From the IMG/VR virus record IMGVR_UViG_3300035492_000236: a DNA stretch of 64,000 bases; one strand, 5' to 3'. Position numbers and translations under genes: made by a program. The notes beneath the pieces were generated by a model, which saw nothing but the letters and a program-made list of their open reading frames with translations, was not told the DNA's origin and did no database searches. The DNA is from a virus. Taxonomy: Duplodnaviria; Caudoviricetes. How positions within the stretch are numbered: position 1 is the first letter of the stretch; every line of letters begins with the position of its first letter. Below are positions 47,469 through 56,243 of the stretch, in pieces.

Positions 47469-48318
47469 GCTCCACATCCTCAGTAGGTTGGTACAAAGTC
47501 TCGAGGGCGGACAGTACCGCTTTAGAGATCGCAATACGCTCAGGCAAGTCGTCAGTATGTGACAGCAATTCGACGTAATGATCAACCATCTCGCTTGCTG
47601 CAAGCAGGGTGTCGTTCTTCACATACAGCAGGCCGGTAACTGCTAACGCCACCTCCTCTTGGTAGTTAGCGGAGGTCAGCCGGTCAATTTCGATCTGCGT
47701 TAACAATTCGTCCATAGGGGCGCTGTAGCCACCGTCATCTAACACGTCAGTGATCACATTGTCTGGATACGTGGCGATGAAGGTGGCGGCACGCGTGGCT
47801 GCCTCTGCGTCCACATGATCGATGGTGGTATCGCTAAGCAGTTTGGCCACTAAGATACTGTGAACAATTCGCATCAGTTTCGGACTCACTGCTTCGATGA
47901 TATCAATGTAGTCGCTGTCGAAACCACCTACCACAAACGCCACCAAGTTCGCCATCATGATCGACTCAGGTTCGCCCGATTCATAGATAGCCATCAGCGA
48001 CTCATAATCGTCGAATGCTTCCAAGTCGCCCAACAACACTTTGATAACTTCCAGTGCAGCGCGTGGTGATGCATACACAGACTCAGTGCTGACAGTTACC
48101 CCTAATCGCATTAGCAGTTCAGCAGCACCCCCACAGATCAGACTTTCGGTAGGGAGAATGATGTCCGCTACGGCGTCATTTTGCGCCACTAACGTAAGCA
48201 CTTCATTCAAGTGCTCTTCGTAACCGACGTCATACAACTGTTCGGTCAGTTCCATTAAAACCTCAACTCGCTCGGGACTGCGCCCATCTTCCAATATAGA
48301 TCGGTATAACTCGAGCAT
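47455..48318 (-). CDS. Hypothetical protein (phiKZ gp78-like by synteny)
   Basis: 287 aa, acidic and helical; overlaps the start of the RNAP gene. Confidence 0.65.
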   Translation of the reverse strand: MLELYRSILEDGRSPERVEVLMELTEQLYDVGYEEHLNEVLTLVAQNDAVADIILPTESLICGGAAELLMRLGVTVSTESVYASPRAALEVIKVLLGDLEAFDDYESLMAIYESGEPESIMMANLVAFVVGGFDSDYIDIIEAVSPKLMRIVHSILVAKLLSDTTIDHVDAEAATRAATFIATYPDNVITDVLDDGGYSAPMDELLTQIEIDRLTSANYQEEVALAVTGLLYVKNDTLLAASEMVDHYVELLSHTDDLPERIAISKAVLSALETLYQPTEDVEHDTA

Positions 48319-48445
48319 CTCATTATTCCACTTTATGGTTAAAATTTAGGCACGGTGGCCATCATACGTACCTATTTCATAGAATGACCCTCGACTTGTC
48401 ATATATACGTTATTTTACGTCGAGGCCTAACACGCAAGGTGTACC

Positions 48446-48907
48446 ATGAGAAAAAATGAACAGCGCAGGCCCCGCCCGTCAAGAAAGACTCGCAACAAAA
48501 GCTACCGCAGTCCTGAGCCAAGACTGGACATCGATAGCAAAGGCGCACACAACCGTGAGGTTATGTTTCAATTGCGTGCATGTGATGAGTTTATTGATCA
48601 AGTCAATGGAACGTTACAGGTCTTTGCTAAACGTATTGACCGCGATGGTCGGACCGCACTGGGCGAGTACCACAACGAGTGTGTGACCATCCTCGACACT
48701 ATCAACGATGACCTGCACGATTTCTGCAGCAAGCTCAAGCCGCTGCAACAACAGGCCAAAAGTTTCATGGATAACCCGCAAGGTGAAGCCTGGGAATGGA
48801 CCATGAATACTCATTCCATCTGTGAGTCGCTGAACCTGCTCCGCGACCAGTACGTTACCCTGTATATGGCCAACTACAACTCCCTGATGGATCAACTCGA
48901 TCGCTAA
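48446..48907 (+). CDS. Hypothetical protein (153 aa)
   Basis: AAGG RBS, basic N-terminus, helical. Confidence 0.6.
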   Translation: MRKNEQRRPRPSRKTRNKSYRSPEPRLDIDSKGAHNREVMFQLRACDEFIDQVNGTLQVFAKRIDRDGRTALGEYHNECVTILDTINDDLHDFCSKLKPLQQQAKSFMDNPQGEAWEWTMNTHSICESLNLLRDQYVTLYMANYNSLMDQLDR

Positions 48908-48921
48908 CTGAGGATACATTA

Positions 48922-50433
48922 ATGTCTAACGAAGAAGTGCAGCACACCCACCCTGCCAATCACGAACCGTTGCCGACCGAAGTCGAAAACACCCCGCCTG
49001 CTGAATCCGTCAATGTTGAGACGGCTGCATCGGGAACGGTGGACGACAGCGAGCCTGCACTGGCCGAAGTGGCGTATGAGCAGACCGCCCCTGCCGTTGA
49101 AGAAGGTGTCGCCAAAGGCAATCTCCAGTACCAGCCACAACTGACGTTCTACAACTACGGCATGGAAGTGCTAACTAAATACACCCTTAATGCCGACATC
49201 GACACTGAAGTGGTCAGTAACTACACGCCGGAACTGATCCACACCGACAAGTTGACCGAAGCAGACACGTACTGGTCGCAACACATTCGTCGTGAAGGTG
49301 GTGCGGTAATTGGACCCCGTCGTCCCAGACTGGCCTCTACCGGTGGTACCCTGACAGGCATGGCAGCCATCGAGTCAATTCGTCGGGTGGCTGGCGCTGG
49401 CGGCTCCCTGACCTACGAACTGGCCCATAGTGGCCTGGTAATCACAGTTACACCGGTCAAAGAAACCGAGATGATCGATTTCGAGTTTGATCTCACTCGT
49501 GCTGCCACTCAAGTTGGTCTGTCCACCACCGGTCTGCTGCTGAACGGGCGCAGTGGTGTGTTCAGTGAAGCCCTGGTGAACTTGGCGCTGGATCACATCA
49601 CCTCGTGTAACTTCAAGGAAGTGGGTACTAACTTCCGAGCACTTGCTGACTACATCGATCCGCTCGACTATGGTGCATTAATCTGGGGTATGTTGGCCAC
49701 CACCTTGGCCAACGGCCATCCGTGGGAGTTTGCCTGCACCAACGGCGAATGTAAACATCGCCGGGAAGCGCTGGTGAACTTCTCACGGATGTTGTGGGTG
49801 AACCGCAATGGCCTGACCGAAAAACAGCAGAACATGCTGGTCAAGTTCAGTAACAACATCACCGCCGCCCAACTGACTGAGTACCGTCAGGAGTTTACTG
49901 ACAAGGCCGCCACCTACACCATGAGTACAGGGGTGATCGTCCACTGGCAACGGTCTACTCTGGCCGAGTACCTGCGTCAAGCCAAAGAGTGGGTCTCTGC
50001 CATTGAGAAGCAGTACAACACGGCCATGACCAACTACTTTACTGAAGCGGAACGGCGCCGTTACCTCAATGGGCAAATCCAGGCCCGGCGGATGCACAAA
50101 TACATTCACCAGGTCGGTAAGATCATGGTTCCGTCTGCGGTCGAGGGTGAGTATGATGAGATCGTCGATCGCGATGCAATTCATGCGGTTCTGCTGGAGC
50201 TGACTGCCATTACTCCCGACATCCGTGAGTTTGAAACTGCTGCCGTGGACTACATCGAATCCAACACTGTACAAGTGGTCGGCTATCCTGGCGTGAAGTG
50301 TACCAAGTGTAACCATGTGCCGAAGGGCCGCGGTGGTGAATTCCGTAGTATCGTGCCGGTCGCGGTGGATCGGGTGTTTTTTACGTATGTTCAGCGGAAA
50401 ACTTTGGCCTTGATGGATCTGGCGACCGTATAA
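48922..50433 (+). CDS. Tail/baseplate assembly chaperone-like protein with Cys motifs (phiKZ gp77-like; T4 gp26-like features)
   Basis: VTPVKETE, LDYGALIWG, FACTNGEC and KCTKC; ends DRVFF over a T6 run. Confidence 0.55.
   Translation: MSNEEVQHTHPANHEPLPTEVENTPPAESVNVETAASGTVDDSEPALAEVAYEQTAPAVEEGVAKGNLQYQPQLTFYNYGMEVLTKYTLNADIDTEVVSNYTPELIHTDKLTEADTYWSQHIRREGGAVIGPRRPRLASTGGTLTGMAAIESIRRVAGAGGSLTYELAHSGLVITVTPVKETEMIDFEFDLTRAATQVGLSTTGLLLNGRSGVFSEALVNLALDHITSCNFKEVGTNFRALADYIDPLDYGALIWGMLATTLANGHPWEFACTNGECKHRREALVNFSRMLWVNRNGLTEKQQNMLVKFSNNITAAQLTEYRQEFTDKAATYTMSTGVIVHWQRSTLAEYLRQAKEWVSAIEKQYNTAMTNYFTEAERRRYLNGQIQARRMHKYIHQVGKIMVPSAVEGEYDEIVDRDAIHAVLLELTAITPDIREFETAAVDYIESNTVQVVGYPGVKCTKCNHVPKGRGGEFRSIVPVAVDRVFFTYVQRKTLALMDLATV
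50376..50382 (+). other. Candidate -1 ribosomal frameshift site G_TTT_TTT
   Basis: In-frame GTG TTT TTT. The -1 frame is open from 50349 to 50828 with no ATG/GTG/TTG before 50481. Confidence 0.6.
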
Positions 50434-50480
50434 CTGCGGAAACGTTTTCTACACGTTGGGATAAGAATGGGCAAGACGCG

Positions 50481-50828
50481 GTGGCTGAACTGTTGGCCAC
50501 CGATACTCACCAGGTCGAGGACGGCATTCAGTATACCGAGAGTTTGCGCTACTTGCGTGAAGCTTATGACGAAAACTTCCGGCTGGAAACCGGTCCAACC
50601 GGGGTGGAGATGTGTGACAGTGAGCACGCGACCCGCGGGTCGCTGTTTGAATACTGGATGGGTAAGTTCGTACAGTTTCAAATCGCAACGTTATTCAACA
50701 TCTCCTTGAACGAGTACCTAGACCAACCACGGTTTCGCATACAGGCAATGAACCGCATCGCTGAACAAGACAGTCACAGTGAGGTGGCAACTGCCAATCG
50801 GCTAGCTAGCCAGCTCGGTAAGAAGTGA
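50481..50828 (+). CDS. Chaperone C-terminal extension-like ORF (probably made mainly as a frameshift fusion)
   Basis: GTG start without an SD sequence; IATLFNISLNEYLDQP resembles gpGT / T4 gp51-type segments. Confidence 0.55.
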   Translation: MAELLATDTHQVEDGIQYTESLRYLREAYDENFRLETGPTGVEMCDSEHATRGSLFEYWMGKFVQFQIATLFNISLNEYLDQPRFRIQAMNRIAEQDSHSEVATANRLASQLGKK

Positions 50829-50844
50829 CAAACAAGCGGACATC

Positions 50845-50876
50845 AGGTATGGGCCTAAGCCCATACCTACTTTTTT
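50845..50876 (+). terminator. Rho-independent terminator
   Basis: AGGTATGGGC/GCCCATACCT stem then ACTTTTTT, followed by GTGC. Confidence 0.85.
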
Positions 50877-50881
50877 GTGCA

Positions 50882-52192
50882 TTAAACGTTACCTGTATTT
50901 GTTCGGGGGAATTGTCTATCACTACCCCAAATAATTCTCACCGCACCAGCGCCATGACCGACATATGTAAATGCAGTAGTGTATCCACTTCTGAATCTAA
51001 CACCACCAGCGCCAAATTTAACTTTTATTGGGGAGCTACCTGCTGTTCCCTCTTTACCGCCCGAACCATCACTCTTAGGTTTTGGGCCACCAACCCCGCT
51101 GCTTCCAGCCCCAAGGATGCCAACACCGCCGCCACAATACGGTGGGTAATAATACCGATCATTCCTGTAGCTTGGTTGATATATGGCGCCCGCAGAACCA
51201 CCACCGCCACCGGCGCCACTACTTGAAGTACCAGCAGTGCCAACAACAGTAGAACCCAATGAAGTAGGATCCTGGACACCATGACCACCGTATCCACCAT
51301 TTCCGTAATAACCGCCAGCACCGCCGCCACCGCCACCGCTGTCCCGGTTTATTCCGCCCTGACCGCCGTCACCACCGCCACATTCTTGATGACCGATAGG
51401 CCAAGTTGTAGATAGCAATGTTACTGTGCCGTTCGAAATAGAACTATTTCTCTTAGCGTTATCGCTGCTAGCTGCCCCGGAAACTATAGTAAGTACCTCA
51501 CCTGGAGTCACTGGGATGTCGTTACGCCAGCGCAAATTACCGCCGTATCCACCATTCCCGTTATTGGAACTTGACGCCACCTGCCCGCCGGCAACTACAA
51601 CCGCACTAATCAAATGGCAACCGTCGGGCACTGTCCATTTAAGAGTGCCAACGGTTGTGAATTCAATCTGCCCAGGAAGTATCGACGGTGGCACCTCGAA
51701 CCCGTTTAACTCTCGATAAGCTATCCGCGAATCAAGCGATAGTTCAACAACTATGGGTACGCTACCCTTGAAAGCCGTGTTGTTGCTTTTTGCGGCAAAT
51801 TGCAAACTACCATCGATAGTAACCACAACATAATAGCTCTGGTCAGTATATAAATTGTACTTACGAGTAATCTCCTGCATGATAAGGTCAGGGTCAATAC
51901 TCCCGTCTTCTTTAACGTCGACTTCACGAATTTTTACCATTACCTCGCTGAATAAAGTTGCCAAATCGATACGATTAAAATAAATCGTTGCGTAAGGAAC
52001 ATCTAGCCCCTCCACGACGCCTACTCTACGTACTCGTAATTCGGTGTTAAATTGATCCCCTATCGACGTTATGACGGGGAGGTTCTCACCTACCACCAAT
52101 TCGGTTTCGCTAAAGTCGGTCTGGTTAAAGTAGTTAAAGAGCTCCCTAACCAACACATTGGGATGTTTACTTAGATCAACGTTGTATTGCAT
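50882..52192 (-). CDS. Virion anchor module fused to a glycine-rich tail-fibre-type domain
   Basis: N-terminal ~165 aa paralogous to 3315..4613. FTTVGTLKWTVPDG...VVVAGG...IPVTPGEVLTI and GGGGG runs are typical of phage Gly-rich domains. Confidence 0.8.
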   Translation of the reverse strand: MQYNVDLSKHPNVLVRELFNYFNQTDFSETELVVGENLPVITSIGDQFNTELRVRRVGVVEGLDVPYATIYFNRIDLATLFSEVMVKIREVDVKEDGSIDPDLIMQEITRKYNLYTDQSYYVVVTIDGSLQFAAKSNNTAFKGSVPIVVELSLDSRIAYRELNGFEVPPSILPGQIEFTTVGTLKWTVPDGCHLISAVVVAGGQVASSSNNGNGGYGGNLRWRNDIPVTPGEVLTIVSGAASSDNAKRNSSISNGTVTLLSTTWPIGHQECGGGDGGQGGINRDSGGGGGGAGGYYGNGGYGGHGVQDPTSLGSTVVGTAGTSSSGAGGGGGSAGAIYQPSYRNDRYYYPPYCGGGVGILGAGSSGVGGPKPKSDGSGGKEGTAGSSPIKVKFGAGGVRFRSGYTTAFTYVGHGAGAVRIIWGSDRQFPRTNTGNV

Positions 52193-52221
52193 TTTTTTGT
52201 CCTTTATCGTATACCGGTAAG

Positions 52222-52250
52222 AAAAAAAAAAAGAAGGGCCGAAGCCCTTC
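52222..52250 (-). terminator. Rho-independent terminator
   Basis: GAAGGGC-TTCG-GCCCTTC followed by T11. Confidence 0.9.
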
Positions 52251-52252
52251 GA

Positions 52253-52609
52253 TTAAGTGCGGAGCTTCAAGGTCACCCACGGATACCATTTGTCCGAAAA
52301 CGTCCTGTAAGCGATGTTGTGCTCATCCGGTTGTTTAGGGTCATGATGCCACAGAGTCTTGACGTAACGCTCGTAGCCGGCCGTGCCGCGTATATTAGAG
52401 GCACGATTGACCTGCCACGTATACCCGCGCTGACGAAACCAGAACGTCGTGACCTGTTCACGTAGCGTAAGGAGGTGAAACGCCTTGTATTCATCCGACA
52501 TCCCATCGACCAGCCGGTTGACGCCTGCCTCCACCGAGGGGTAGGCGTATAACACAGTGGCCAAGAACGTCGTCAGATCCATATTGCGGTATTGAATCGG
52601 TATCAGCAT
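52253..52609 (-). CDS. Hypothetical protein (118 aa)
   Basis: Directly follows the helicase stop codon. Confidence 0.55.
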   Translation of the reverse strand: MLIPIQYRNMDLTTFLATVLYAYPSVEAGVNRLVDGMSDEYKAFHLLTLREQVTTFWFRQRGYTWQVNRASNIRGTAGYERYVKTLWHHDPKQPDEHNIAYRTFSDKWYPWVTLKLRT

Positions 52610-52610
52610 A

Positions 52611-54179
52611 TCAGATCCAGAATTGACTGTTGAGGGTTCGGAATGACTTCACCTTACCTTGGAACATCTTCTGTCGTCGGTTAAGGTACACACTATGTTT
52701 CGCAATCTGCTTACAGTGGAAGTACACAACTCTTGGCGTCAAGTCCCAGTCCCGCACTTTCCGTGTCCTACCCAACAACTGTAGGTTGGCCTTCTCCTTC
52801 CCCATCGCTACCGTACAGATACTGATAACCAGCCCTTTGATATCTACTGCGGTAGAAGACTTGCCTGGAGTGGACACGCCGATGTCCGCGTTCACGAACA
52901 CGTCATAGTTATCCCCTTGGATGTAACGCTGCACATCCAACTCAGGGTGCAGTCCCTTAACGTAGTTGGTGAACTCAGTACACATTTTCTTGGTAGAGAA
53001 GAACACCAAACACCGCTGTCCGGGCTGACGCCCCTTGAGATACCAAGCGGCCATGACATCATACACCATCTTGAAGTACGCCTGCTGAATCCGTTTCTTG
53101 CGCATGATGGCTTTTTCGAATTCAGTGTGGTTGTACATCTTCATCCGATTCATTCGGTTGATCAAGTCGACGTTTTCGGTATGGAAGTAGAGGGAGTATG
53201 CGTCGATGTACGCGTCGTATTCCAGGCCGTTGTACCTGGCTGCCTTAGGTACCCGCTCAGCATACCGGGCGTCCATGAACGCGTCACCTTCGTCACCTAA
53301 GGTGGCGGAGAGGTCCAGCACACGGGGGGCACCCAATAGCATAAACGACCAATAGTTCATACGGAACAGTTGGTGGGTCTCATCATAAAGAACCAACCCC
53401 ACACCTAACGTCTTGAGCAAATCAGTGAAGTGGCAGCTCTTATCACGCTTGAGCGACTCCTGAAGCCAGTTGTCTAACGTGTGGCTGGAGATGGCGATCA
53501 TCTTCACTTCTCGCTCGCCGGGCGCCTTACCTAAGCGACCTGCCTCGCCAATGGCAACGATGTTGTCAAAGTCCTGCAGGTTCTTGATACGTACTAGCTC
53601 CCCCGGACGAAGGGACAGTGAGAACTTTTTAGCTGTGAGGTCACCAATCCATTTTTCAATATATGCGGCTTTGGTGATGAATAGCACGCGCCGTTTTATA
53701 TTGACAATGGTTTTCATTGCCATGGCTGTCTTCCCGAGACCCGTCTGGATCTCTAGGATGTTGTGATGGAACCCATCACGACTGGCATGTGGTACTATGT
53801 CATTCTGGTATACGAACGGTGAGTCCTCTGGCTCCACGATATTCAGGGTGTGTCGGTCAAACTCAACCACGTCACCGTCATGCGGCTCTACCTTACGCAC
53901 AACGATGTCCATAGTCCGGGACACTCCCAGACGTTTTTTGATGTTGTCTAGCACGTTAATGAGTTGGTCATACAAAGCATCGATGTAGTAGTACCGATCA
54001 AATGCTTCCTCATACACAAAATAACGATCGCCTTCCACTGTCTCAATCTGTCCACGAGACGGGGCCAACTTCGGTTGGATCAAACTCTCGTTGTAAAACT
54101 CCAGTTCACGCTTCACGTCGTAGTCGGACGTGTCCACGCTAAACCCGCGTGGGTAACGCGTAATCAAAACATCCGCCAT
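52611..54179 (-). CDS. Superfamily 2 (UvsW/DEAD-like) helicase (phiKZ gp75-like)
   Basis: Start moved to ATG 54179. Motif I EIQTGLGKT, II LYDETH, III LSAT and VI QLLGRTR. Confidence 0.9.
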   Translation of the reverse strand: MADVLITRYPRGFSVDTSDYDVKRELEFYNESLIQPKLAPSRGQIETVEGDRYFVYEEAFDRYYYIDALYDQLINVLDNIKKRLGVSRTMDIVVRKVEPHDGDVVEFDRHTLNIVEPEDSPFVYQNDIVPHASRDGFHHNILEIQTGLGKTAMAMKTIVNIKRRVLFITKAAYIEKWIGDLTAKKFSLSLRPGELVRIKNLQDFDNIVAIGEAGRLGKAPGEREVKMIAISSHTLDNWLQESLKRDKSCHFTDLLKTLGVGLVLYDETHQLFRMNYWSFMLLGAPRVLDLSATLGDEGDAFMDARYAERVPKAARYNGLEYDAYIDAYSLYFHTENVDLINRMNRMKMYNHTEFEKAIMRKKRIQQAYFKMVYDVMAAWYLKGRQPGQRCLVFFSTKKMCTEFTNYVKGLHPELDVQRYIQGDNYDVFVNADIGVSTPGKSSTAVDIKGLVISICTVAMGKEKANLQLLGRTRKVRDWDLTPRVVYFHCKQIAKHSVYLNRRQKMFQGKVKSFRTLNSQFWI

Positions 54180-54232
54180 AGAAACTTTTTCCTTATTGAT
54201 TCTTTTCAATGTGCACGATGCCGAGGACATTG

Positions 54233-54259
54233 AAAAAAAGACGGGGCAGTGCCCCGTCT
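54233..54259 (-). terminator. Rho-independent terminator
   Basis: AGACGGGGC/GCCCCGTCT stem followed by T7. Confidence 0.75.
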
Positions 54260-54266
54260 GGTTAAT

Positions 54267-56243
54267 TTACGGTTTGTCGTCACCAACAGGGATATAGATC
54301 AAGTCATCCATGATGCTCGGCAAGCGATTCTTGAGCAGGTAACTGTCAAGGTTATCATAGATGTCCGCCTGACCCTCGTACAGCATAGCCACCGACAGAC
54401 TGCGGTTGGCAATGATGTCATCGTGGGTTTGGAACGTTCCTTCATGGATCGATCCAGGCATGCTCCAATCGCCTCGAGTCTTATCTTTGACCCGTGTGGC
54501 GGCCAGAATAGTGGCGATGTGACCCAAGTACACCCCGTCCAACTTTTCCGAAATCAGGTAATAGGCATCATACAATGCTTTGTCTACTTCCTTATAACGG
54601 GTCAGCATGGTGACGCTTTCCTTGGTAATCACCTTAGATTCGCCCGCATACCGCGCCGAACGAATGAACCGTTCCACCCGGTCACCAAACTCGGACATGT
54701 TCTCGTGTTTATGTGGGTACACAAACAACGGATTGCGCCCCTTCCAGCCGTCGATGTCGATGTAGTAGAACTGATCGTCTTCACGCCAGCCGTTACGTTT
54801 GGCATGCTTTAACAACGCAGGTGACAACGACGCCCGCGTCGAGTACTTCACCATGTCAAAGTCAGCGCCGTCATGCAACACCCCATTCGCATCCTTACGG
54901 TAGAAGCCGGCGTACTGCAATGCACTAACCCGTGCCAGGTTTATGTGGTCGATGTCGGACACATAGTTCACGTCTACCAGTCTGGGTGCCTCTTCCTTCA
55001 GAATGCGCAGGGTGATACTTTCCCCTTCGCGTGCCTCAGCCAGGAACAACTGATCAGGACGTTTCTCCTCCGTGCGCAGGAACGCCTCCTCACTGCGTCG
55101 CAGTCGCGCAATAAACGCGTGGATGATGAAATCCAAGTGCTTGGTGGAGATGATCAGCTGAGTAATCACCTTGTTGATGGCGGTGCAGCTCACATGGCCC
55201 GGATTGGTGTCGTGGGGGATGGCGTACGCCACGTCTCCATAACACGACTCACACACCCCCTGCTTGGGCAACAGCCGGCACGTTGCCGTGGTGAAGAAGC
55301 TGATGTCCTTACCAATGAGGTGGGTGTCTTCCGGGTGGATCGTACGCTTCTTTCCTTTATCGTCGAGGTAAGTCAGTCCGACCATCGAACGGAACAACTC
55401 CTCACCAACATTATAGAAGACATGCGGTTCGGTAGACCCACAGTCCCCCTTGTAGATTTTGCGCACGTATGCAATGACGAACTGCAATTTACGGTTGAAA
55501 TACTCAGCTGCCGCCACCGGGTCTTTGTTGAACAACAGTGCCTTGGCCGCTGAGCGCGACTCTTTGGCAAAGTCAGTGATGTCGGTAAAGCCCATGGCAA
55601 AGCCACGACGCACCGGGTTACGGTAAATAACCGAGTCGATGTCAGTGACCCGACCACGCGGACCGAACGACGGCAACATCTGGTTCATCTTCACGGTCTT
55701 GTATTCCACCGCCCGCACGATCGGGTTATGGGGATACTTGCCCGATTTGAATACCCGCTTGATGGTATCGTACGCCCGGTCAACCGTGGCCAGCGCCGGG
55801 GTAACTTGCCGGTTCGCTTCCATGATCTCGGGATCATCCAGGATCTCCAGGATCGCTTCGCCGTCCGTACTCGAGATGTGATCCATGGTCCGAGTAACGA
55901 GTGCGTTATACAACCCATTGTAGCATTCCGAATACGCCAGCAGCCAGATGTCTTCCTTGTCAATGTGGTCAAACTGGCGAGTGGATTGGATGGCCCGGTT
56001 GAGGATGTCCTGGAATACGTCGTCGGTCAAGGCCCGCCCATTCAAGAACAAGTCGCTAGTGAGGGGAATCTCATGGTAGTGCGTAGTCAGCTGCCAGAAA
56101 TACCAACTGACGGGAATATCAGCAATATCCACTTCTTCGAGTGTGGTATCATCAAACACCAGGTGACAACTCTCATCCAGTTCGAGACCCCATATCTCGT
56201 CTTCCGTGTAGTCCAGTAAATCACGGGCGTGGTAAGTGATCAT
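54267..56243 (-). CDS. Non-virion RNA polymerase beta' subunit, C-terminal part (phiKZ gp74-like)
   Basis: ESRSAAKALLFNKDP, GDCGS, CRLLPKQGVCESCYG and TQLIISTKH. Confidence 0.88.
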   Translation of the reverse strand: MITYHARDLLDYTEDEIWGLELDESCHLVFDDTTLEEVDIADIPVSWYFWQLTTHYHEIPLTSDLFLNGRALTDDVFQDILNRAIQSTRQFDHIDKEDIWLLAYSECYNGLYNALVTRTMDHISSTDGEAILEILDDPEIMEANRQVTPALATVDRAYDTIKRVFKSGKYPHNPIVRAVEYKTVKMNQMLPSFGPRGRVTDIDSVIYRNPVRRGFAMGFTDITDFAKESRSAAKALLFNKDPVAAAEYFNRKLQFVIAYVRKIYKGDCGSTEPHVFYNVGEELFRSMVGLTYLDDKGKKRTIHPEDTHLIGKDISFFTTATCRLLPKQGVCESCYGDVAYAIPHDTNPGHVSCTAINKVITQLIISTKHLDFIIHAFIARLRRSEEAFLRTEEKRPDQLFLAEAREGESITLRILKEEAPRLVDVNYVSDIDHINLARVSALQYAGFYRKDANGVLHDGADFDMVKYSTRASLSPALLKHAKRNGWREDDQFYYIDIDGWKGRNPLFVYPHKHENMSEFGDRVERFIRSARYAGESKVITKESVTMLTRYKEVDKALYDAYYLISEKLDGVYLGHIATILAATRVKDKTRGDWSMPGSIHEGTFQTHDDIIANRSLSVAMLYEGQADIYDNLDSYLLKNRLPSIMDDLIYIPVGDDKP

